Shown: positions 29,961-36,265 of the stretch, piece by piece
Position numbering within the stretch: the stretch's first letter is position 1
Layout of the letters: every line of letters starts with the position of its first letter
Assembly (NCBI GenBank): GCA_043743785.1
Contig: JAYTVW010000161.1
Span: 35,063 to 99,062, forward strand
Direction of reading: 5' to 3'
DNA: 64,000 nt
Origin: Rhodocyclales bacterium
GTDB lineage: Bacteria; Pseudomonadota; Gammaproteobacteria; Burkholderiales; Rhodocyclaceae
Position numbers and translations under genes: made by a program
The notes under the pieces: generated by a model
What the model was told of the DNA's origin: nothing
The model's database searches: none
What the model saw: the letters and a program-made list of their open reading frames with translations, nothing else

Positions 29961-30355
29961 AACCCATCCTGCTGGACACTAACACCGTCAGCCATCTGCT
30001 CAAGGGCCATCCGGCTGTCGCCCAGCACGTGCAGGCCGCCCCCATGGCGGCCCTGTGCATTTCCGCCGTCACCGAAGGCGAACTGCGCTTCGGCCTCGCC
30101 AAACGCCCGGAGGCGAAACGCCTGCATCTCGCCGTGGCGGAGTTCCTCCGCCGTGTGGACGTCCTGCCCTGGAGCAGCGACGTGGCCCAGACCTACGGCC
30201 CCCTGCGCGCCGACCTGTCCCGCCACGGCAAGACCCTCACCCCACTTGATCTCCTCATCGCCGCCCACGCCCTCTCAGTCGGTGCCACCCTCGTCACCAA
30301 CGACCAGGCCTTCCGGCAAGTTAATGGACTACAGGTTGAGGATTGGACGGCGTGA
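29957..30355 (+). CDS. vapC: type II toxin VapC (PIN-domain ribonuclease)
   Basis: 132 aa. MKPILLDTNTVSHLL ... ISAVTEGEL ... DLLIAAHA ... LVTND acidic PIN signature. Confidence 0.88.
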   Translation: MKPILLDTNTVSHLLKGHPAVAQHVQAAPMAALCISAVTEGELRFGLAKRPEAKRLHLAVAEFLRRVDVLPWSSDVAQTYGPLRADLSRHGKTLTPLDLLIAAHALSVGATLVTNDQAFRQVNGLQVEDWTA

Positions 30356-30360
30356 ACCGC

Positions 30361-30450
30361 GTAGGGCGTCAATAAGCGCAGCGCATTGCGCCGATTTCCC
30401 CGGGTGCGGGCCGCCCAGCGGCGCAATGCCCTTCGGTTATTGCGCCCTAC
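30361..30450. repeat. GTAG-type REP pair, family 3 (GTAGGGCGCAATAAG...)
   Basis: GTAGGGCGTCAATAAGCGCAGCGCATTGCGCCG ... GGCGCAATGCCCTTCGGTTATTGCGCCCTAC. Lies between the convergent vapC and hicB genes. Confidence 0.8.
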
Positions 30451-30453
30451 CCA

Positions 30454-30843
30454 CTACCCTCGCAAGGCCAAGTGCGCGATATAGCCTGAACGGGATTCAT
30501 TGGCCGCCTTGGCGGCGGCATCGATGCGGCGCAGGACCCGGGCCGGCAGGGTGATGTTCACCCGCTCGGCCTTGTCCGAGAGTTGCGCCAGATCCACTTC
30601 CACCACGGCCCACACCCAGCCGGCGAATTCCGCATTGGCCTGATGTTCGGCCAGGGTGCCGGCCTCCGGCACCGGGCCGCCATCATCAATGACCGTTTCC
30701 AGCCACAACTCAATGGACTCCCGGGCATTGTCCAGCGCCTCGTCGAGCGTATCGCCCGCCGAAAAGCACCCCGGCAGGTCCGGCACCGCCACCCCCCAGG
30801 CCTGTTGTGCGTTGCCCGGCTCAAGCGCAATCGGATACCTCAT
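30454..30843 (-). CDS. hicB: type II antitoxin HicB
   Basis: YPIALEPGNAQQAWGVAVPDLPGCFSAGDTLDEAL RNase-H-like N-domain plus a C-terminal RHH (RVNITLPARVLRRID). Downstream of hicA. Confidence 0.85.
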   Translation of the reverse strand: MRYPIALEPGNAQQAWGVAVPDLPGCFSAGDTLDEALDNARESIELWLETVIDDGGPVPEAGTLAEHQANAEFAGWVWAVVEVDLAQLSDKAERVNITLPARVLRRIDAAAKAANESRSGYIAHLALRG

Positions 30844-30856
30844 GACCGCCTTCCTT

Positions 30857-31039
30857 TCATTTCAAACCGGCCTGTTTCAGAAGCTTGTGCACCAGGCCAA
30901 CGCCCATGTCCTTCTTCGGATGGGGCACGCTGATGTGGCCGCCGTGCGCTGGGTGCGTGTAGATGTGATGCGGCCCCTTCACACCCCGCAGCACCCACCC
31001 CGCCTGCTCAAGCCTTCTGATCAAGTCCGCGCTGTTCAT
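30857..31039 (-). CDS. hicA: type II toxin HicA (mRNA interferase)
   Basis: MNSADLIRRLEQAGWVLRGVKGPHHIYTHP...ISVPHPKKDMGVGLVHKLLKQAGL from ATG 31039. Confidence 0.85.
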   Translation of the reverse strand: MNSADLIRRLEQAGWVLRGVKGPHHIYTHPAHGGHISVPHPKKDMGVGLVHKLLKQAGLK

Positions 31040-31257
31040 GGGCGGACTATACACACCTTACACACGAATTTGAGCAAGTTGCCGTGATAACTCGTCTTGG
31101 CGACCGGCCACGCCTATCCACAGGTTTATGCGACAGCGCAGCACAACGCCCACCTCTTCGCCCAACGCGGTATGATTACAACATTTTGCAAAACAATAGT
31201 CCAGAACAGTCCAGATTAGACAACTGTTAACACTTGAAAAAGAAAGCTAGGCGAAAT

Positions 31258-32925
31258 ATGTCTGCGACTCAAATAACTTTATACCCTGCAATAAGGACCA
31301 AGCAACCCCACATTAAGCGCCCAAGTGAAGCCATTTCGGAAAGAAAATCTAAAGAACTTGTAATTGCATTTGCTGGACCTATTGGCTGTGGCATTAAAGC
31401 AGTCAAAGAGCGCTTAATTGAACAACTGAAGGCGTCTGGTTACTCAGTTAAGGAAATAAAGATAAGTGAATATTTGGAAGAGTGCGTCATCCAAGGGCTT
31501 ATCCCCAACACGGAAGCTATCAAACAAACCAACAAGGCTGACAGATATATTCAATTGCAAGATGCCGGCAACTCCTTAAGAATATCTCAAAGTGACATTC
31601 TTGCAGAGTATGCAATAAAGAGAATCGCGGAGACAAGAACAAAAGAAATAAAAGACGAAACAGAAAGCGTGACGGATTACATCCCCATTCGCACCGCCTA
31701 TATAATTGACCAATTAAAACATCAAGACGAGGTAAGTTTACTTAGGGCTGTATATGGAAATCTATTTTATCTTTTCGGTGTATTAAGCACATCTACTCGC
31801 CGCTCTACTCGTCTAAAGACTGACGGCATCCCACCGGACAGAATCCCTGAATTGGTTGAACGCGATCGAAAACAACGGGAAAAAAATGGTCAGCAGTTGG
31901 ACAAAGCTTTACAGTTGGCGGATTTTTTTATCCGCAATGACCATGCGAATGCAGAAGCAATTGAAAACCAGATTATTCGGTCGGTACACTTGATCCACGG
32001 AGCAAATGGCATTTCCCCAACAAAGGAGGAGTACGGAATGTATTCCGCCTACGCATCAGGCTTGCGTTCTGCTTGTTTATCTAGGCAAGTAGGAGCATCT
32101 ATCATGAACAACGACGGTATAATCATAGCTACAGGGCGAAATGACGTACCAAAAGGCGGAGGTGGTTTATATGGCCCAGAAGACGGCATAGGCGATGCTC
32201 GCTGTGTCAAACTGGAGAATGCTCAATGCCACAATGATTTCCACAAACAAAAACTAGTCAACAACATAGAAGAAATAATAAGAACCACGCTAAACAGTGC
32301 CATCACAGACATCTGTGGGAATGCTACGGAAGATCAGAAGGCTTTCCTTCAACAAATACATATTGATGAATTATCTAATAAAATCGCTTGCTCTGCGTAT
32401 GATGACACTCGCCTTGGCGGACTTATAGAGTTTTCCAGGTCAATTCATGCAGAGATGGATGCAATTGTCTCCCTCGCATCAAAGGGAGGAGGCGGCACGA
32501 AAGGTACTACGCTCTTTACCTACACATTTCCTTGCCATAACTGCGCCAGACATATTGTTGCAGCAGGAATTAGACAAGTCTATTACTTAGAACCATATGA
32601 AAAAAGTCTAGCCGTTGAGTTACACGGAGATGCAATCAATGTAGATGGCCAACGAGGGGGCTTGGGCGATGAACTTGAATCGAGAGAACAGGTGGAGTTT
32701 TTACACTTTGAAGGCGTTGCGCCAAGGCAATACCTCAACATGTTTACTCCATCAGGAGAGCGGAAAGACGGTAACGGCAAGGCAGTGAAGACCAATGTTC
32801 GCACCGCAGAGAAGAAAATTCCCGAGTACCTCGACGACTACAGAGAGTATGAGCTAAAAGTCGTCGCTCACTTGTTGAATGTAATCAACGAGTTAAAAGA
32901 AAAGGGGTTGCCGAAAAAAGGCTAG
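31258..32925 (+). CDS. avcD: P-loop nucleotide-kinase-like / deoxycytidylate-deaminase fusion protein (AvcD / dCTP-deaminase defence family-like)
   Basis: N-terminal IAFAGPIGCGIK P-loop. C-terminal zinc deaminase motifs ACLSRQVGA, HAE (32446-32454) and PCHNC (32530-32544), separated by a long insert. AT-rich relative to the flanks. ATG 31258 preferred to TTG 31234. Confidence 0.8.
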   Translation: MSATQITLYPAIRTKQPHIKRPSEAISERKSKELVIAFAGPIGCGIKAVKERLIEQLKASGYSVKEIKISEYLEECVIQGLIPNTEAIKQTNKADRYIQLQDAGNSLRISQSDILAEYAIKRIAETRTKEIKDETESVTDYIPIRTAYIIDQLKHQDEVSLLRAVYGNLFYLFGVLSTSTRRSTRLKTDGIPPDRIPELVERDRKQREKNGQQLDKALQLADFFIRNDHANAEAIENQIIRSVHLIHGANGISPTKEEYGMYSAYASGLRSACLSRQVGASIMNNDGIIIATGRNDVPKGGGGLYGPEDGIGDARCVKLENAQCHNDFHKQKLVNNIEEIIRTTLNSAITDICGNATEDQKAFLQQIHIDELSNKIACSAYDDTRLGGLIEFSRSIHAEMDAIVSLASKGGGGTKGTTLFTYTFPCHNCARHIVAAGIRQVYYLEPYEKSLAVELHGDAINVDGQRGGLGDELESREQVEFLHFEGVAPRQYLNMFTPSGERKDGNGKAVKTNVRTAEKKIPEYLDDYREYELKVVAHLLNVINELKEKGLPKKG

Positions 32926-32958
32926 TCCGCTACAGTTCGGCCCAAGGAGGATTTTAGA

Positions 32959-33165
32959 ATGTCACGGAAAAACGAGCGCAAAGACCGCCAACTGCCACTG
33001 GATTTTGAAGCCGTAAGCGCCCCCACGCCTGCAGTGTGCTTAGAACAGAAGGAATCATCGGTGGTTTGTTTCGCCTCTTACGTTCGCTCTAAATTGCCTC
33101 CTTCATCCAGCCGTGACCCTGTTTTGGATCGCCTGCTTCGTGAAGCAACACGACTAAGTTGGTAA
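32959..33165 (+). CDS. hypothetical small protein (68 aa), co-oriented with the deaminase gene
   Basis: AAGGAGG (32944-32950) 8 nt upstream of the ATG. Starts 33 nt after the deaminase stop. Followed by a hairpin terminator. No family recognised. Confidence 0.5.
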   Translation: MSRKNERKDRQLPLDFEAVSAPTPAVCLEQKESSVVCFASYVRSKLPPSSSRDPVLDRLLREATRLSW

Positions 33166-33190
33166 GAGCTGAGGCTCGTTGATCGTACGA

Positions 33191-33220
33191 AAAAGGCCAG
33201 CGGTGTTGGCCTTTTCCTTT
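33191..33220 (+). terminator. rho-independent terminator (bidirectional-looking) after the small ORF
   Basis: AAAAGGCCA-GCGGTGT-TGGCCTTTT stem-loop followed by a T-rich run. The A-tract on the other side would serve the convergent U32 gene. Confidence 0.75.
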
Positions 33221-33279
33221 AGCTAGTTTCTTAGCCCAGCTCACCGACCTAGCGGAATAAGCGTTTTATCTTTCCTTCC

Positions 33280-34587
33280 TCACACAAACCTCGCCAAAAA
33301 CGCCCCTTCGCAGCCCGCCAGCAGCGGAATCCTCACCTTGTGGCCGTTGCCCGGCGCCACGGAAATGGCCGCGCCATCCTTGTTCAGCATGGACTCGATG
33401 ACCATCTCGGTATTGCCCGCCGGGTGCAGCACCTCGATGCGATCCCCCACGGCAAAGCGGTTCTTCACATCGATCTCGGCCCAGCCGTCCGCCCAGCCCA
33501 GCACGTCGCCGACGTAGAGGCTGCGGCCTGACACCGAATTGCCCCTTGTGTAGTTCTGCAGGATGGCGTCGCCCTCCGCCGCCCAGTCCCTATCCTTGTT
33601 GCGCATGAAGAAACCGTCCGTGTAGCCCCGGTTGGCCAGGCCGTCCAGTTCCTCGATGAGGCGCTTGTCGAAGGGCCGACCGGCCACGGCGTCGTCAATG
33701 GCGCGGCGGTAGCTCTGGGTGGTGCGGGCGGCGTAATAGGGGGACTTGGTGCGGCCTTCGATCTTCAGGGAATCCACGCCGATGTCCACCAAACGCTGGA
33801 CGTGCTCGATAGCCCGCAGGTCCTTGGAGTTGAGCACGTAGGTGCCGTGCTCGTCTTCCTCCACCGGCATGAGTTCGCCGCTGCGCTGGCCCTCTTCCAG
33901 CAGCCAGGCCTTGTGATTGGCCTCGACGGCAGGCACCACGTCGCCGTCCGGCGTGTCCACCGTGTCGTGCAACTGGTAGCCCCAGCGGCAGGCATTGGTA
34001 CAGGAACCCTGGTTGGCGTCCCGGTGGTTGAAATAGCCGGAAAGCAGGCATCTCCCTGAGTAGGCGATGCACAGGGCACCGTGCACAAACACCTCCAGTT
34101 CCATGTCCGGGCATTCCTGGCGGATCTCGGCCACTTCGTTCAGGGACAGTTCCCGGGAGAGGATGACGCGACTCACACCCAGCTTCTTCCAGAAGCGCAC
34201 CGCTGCGTAATTCATGGTGTTGGACTGCACCGACAAGTGGATCGGCACCTCGGGCCAGCGTTCCCGCACCATGTCGATGAGGCCCGGGTCCGCCATGATG
34301 AGGGCGTCAGGTTTCAGCGCGATCACCGGCGCCATGTCCGCCAGGTAGTTCTTGATCTTGCTGTTGTGGGGATAGATGTTGCTCACCACGTAGAGTTTCG
34401 AGCCGACGGCGTGGGCGGCAGCGATACCTTCCGCCAGACTTTCCAGGTCGCCGAAGTCGTTGTTCCTAACCCGCAGGCTGTAGCGGGGCTGGCCGGCGTA
34501 CACGGCATTGGCGCCGAAGGCCAGGGCGGTGCGCAGCATGGCGAGGGAGCCGGCGGGGGCGAGAAGTTCGGGGGCGGGCTTGGACAT
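33280..34587 (-). CDS. U32-family peptidase (YegQ/TrhP-like)
   Basis: ATG 34587: MSKPAPELLAPAGSLAMLRTALAFGANAVYAG ... EVFVHGALCIAYSGRCLLS are U32 signatures. The 388-codon upstream extension of the track ORF overlaps the OMP gene and is Arg/Gly-rich junk. Confidence 0.88.
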   Translation of the reverse strand: MSKPAPELLAPAGSLAMLRTALAFGANAVYAGQPRYSLRVRNNDFGDLESLAEGIAAAHAVGSKLYVVSNIYPHNSKIKNYLADMAPVIALKPDALIMADPGLIDMVRERWPEVPIHLSVQSNTMNYAAVRFWKKLGVSRVILSRELSLNEVAEIRQECPDMELEVFVHGALCIAYSGRCLLSGYFNHRDANQGSCTNACRWGYQLHDTVDTPDGDVVPAVEANHKAWLLEEGQRSGELMPVEEDEHGTYVLNSKDLRAIEHVQRLVDIGVDSLKIEGRTKSPYYAARTTQSYRRAIDDAVAGRPFDKRLIEELDGLANRGYTDGFFMRNKDRDWAAEGDAILQNYTRGNSVSGRSLYVGDVLGWADGWAEIDVKNRFAVGDRIEVLHPAGNTEMVIESMLNKDGAAISVAPGNGHKVRIPLLAGCEGAFLARFV

Positions 34588-34683
34588 GGGGCGGTACGGC
34601 GGCAAAGGGAGCGCAAGGGTAAGCGCTACGGGCGGAATTTTCAAACGGCGGGCCACCCCGGGGCACCGTTGCAGATGCCGAAC

Positions 34684-34767
34684 GTAGGGCGCAATAAGCG
34701 CAGCGCATTGCGCCGCTGGTTTCGCCACGGCATCGGCGCAATGCGGCTTCGCCTTATTGCGCCCTAC
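34684..34767. repeat. GTAG-type REP pair, family 3
   Basis: GTAGGGCGCAATAAGCGCAGCGCATTGCGCCG ... GGCGCAATGCGGCTTCGCCTTATTGCGCCCTAC. Its terminal CTAC contains the TAG stop of the OMP gene. Confidence 0.8.
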
Positions 34768-36218
34768 TCCCAGCCCCCCCCCAACGCCTTGATCAACCCC
34801 ACGCTTGCCGCCATGCGGCGGGCGCGCAGGGCGCTGGCGGTGCTTTCCGCCCCCAGGGCGGCGGCCTGGGCCGTCACCACATTGAGATAGCTGACGACGC
34901 CGGCCTTGTACTGGTTGGTGGCCAGTTCCAGGGATTTCTTCGCTGCCTGCAAGGCCTCGTCCTGCACTGACGCTTCCCGCTCCAGGATACGCAAGGCCGC
35001 CAGGTTGTCTTCCACGTCCGAGAGTGCGGCCAGCACCGTCTGCCGGTAGCTGGCCACCGTGCCTGCCCAGGCCGCCATGGCCTGGTCCTGCTTCGCGCTC
35101 CTCAAGCCGCCGTCGAAAACCGTCTGGGCCAGGGCCGGACCGAAGGACCAGAAGCGGCTGGGGGCCGAGATCCAACCCACCAGCGCCGAGGACTGCCAGC
35201 CGCCGTTGGCGGAGAGGCTCAGGTCCGGAAAGAAGGCCGCCTTGGCCACGCCGATCTGGGCGTTGGCCGCCGCTACCCGCCGTTCCGCCGCAGCCACATC
35301 CGGGCGCCGTTCCAGCAGCGTCGAGGGCAGGCCGACGGGGATGGCCGGCGGCGGCGCCGTGAGCAGGGGCATGGGCGCAAGAGCAAAGGTGGACGGGGCT
35401 TGCCCCACCAAGAGGGCGATGGCGTGTTCCATCTGGGCACGTTGCACGCCTACATCGAGAGCCTGGGCCTGGGTGCTCTTCAACTGGGTTTGGGCCTGGG
35501 CCACGTCGGCGGCAGCGGCGACGCCGGCCCGGTAGCGGTTCTGCGTCAGCTCCAGGGATTTGGCGTAGCCCGCCACCGTGTCGTCCAGCAACTTCTGTTG
35601 GGCATCCAGGGCGCGCAAGGCGTACCAGTCCTGGGCCAGGGTCGCCTGGAGGGACAGCTTTGTCGCCGCCAGGTCCGCCGCGCTGGCCTCCACCCCCGCC
35701 GCCGCCGCCTCGACAGCACGGCGCACGCCGCCCCACAGGTCCGTTTCCCAACTGGCTTGCAGGGACAGGCTGTGGCTGGTGGCCACGCCGCTGGACGACG
35801 ACGTACGGCTGGACGCCTCGGAACGTATCGACGAGGCGTTGGCGCCCACGCTGGGGAACTGGCCGGCCCTTGCCTGGGCTGAGAGGGCCACCGAAGCCCG
35901 GTACTGGGCTTCCGCGAGACGCAGGTTCTGGTTCGACACCGCCACCCGCTCTTCCAGGGCATTCAGGCCCTCGTCACCGAAAACTTGCCACCACTTGCCC
36001 CGGGGCAAGGCATCCGCCGGTACCGCCGGCTTCCAGCCGACCGCTTCCTTGAACGCCGCCGGCACCTCGCTCGTCGGCTTCACGTAATCGGGGCCGACGG
36101 TGCAGCCGGCCAGCGAAAGCAATAAAGCCAAATTAAACGCCGAGGCGCCGAGGCGCCGAGGAAGGCATGAGAACGACGAATCTTGGCAATCGTCCACGAC
36201 CGCAGATATGTTGTCCAT
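34764..36218 (-). CDS. RND efflux outer-membrane lipoprotein (NodT/OprM family)
   Basis: Lipobox LLLSLAGC, TolC-like repeats and a C-terminal ALGGGWE. The start is uncertain because the 5' end lies inside a repeat element. The TAG stop lies in a REP. Confidence 0.85.
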   Translation of the reverse strand: MDNISAVVDDCQDSSFSCLPRRLGASAFNLALLLSLAGCTVGPDYVKPTSEVPAAFKEAVGWKPAVPADALPRGKWWQVFGDEGLNALEERVAVSNQNLRLAEAQYRASVALSAQARAGQFPSVGANASSIRSEASSRTSSSSGVATSHSLSLQASWETDLWGGVRRAVEAAAAGVEASAADLAATKLSLQATLAQDWYALRALDAQQKLLDDTVAGYAKSLELTQNRYRAGVAAAADVAQAQTQLKSTQAQALDVGVQRAQMEHAIALLVGQAPSTFALAPMPLLTAPPPAIPVGLPSTLLERRPDVAAAERRVAAANAQIGVAKAAFFPDLSLSANGGWQSSALVGWISAPSRFWSFGPALAQTVFDGGLRSAKQDQAMAAWAGTVASYRQTVLAALSDVEDNLAALRILEREASVQDEALQAAKKSLELATNQYKAGVVSYLNVVTAQAAALGAESTASALRARRMAASVGLIKALGGGWE

Positions 36219-36255
36219 CGAGGTTTTCTCCGCGCCTCGGCGCCTCGGCGTTTCA
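36135..36255. repeat. octamer-armed inverted-repeat element (family A), copy 1
   Basis: AAACGCCGAGGCGCCGAGGCGCCGAGG ... CTCCGCGCCTCGGCGCCTCGGCGTTTCAA around a ~65-nt loop. Fills the mdtC-OMP spacer. Confidence 0.85.
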
Positions 36256-36265
36256 ATACAGACTT

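Noticed and set aside
31186-31222. Candidate sigma70 promoter for the deaminase gene (TTGCAA at 31186)
   Set aside because: No acceptable -10 hexamer at 16-19 nt spacing. TATGAT at 31171 lacks a -35. Left unassigned.
34588-35751. N-terminal 388 codons of track ORF 33280-35751
   Set aside because: Arg/Gly/Pro-rich, overlaps the OMP gene and crosses a REP. The U32 peptidase homology begins at ATG 34587.
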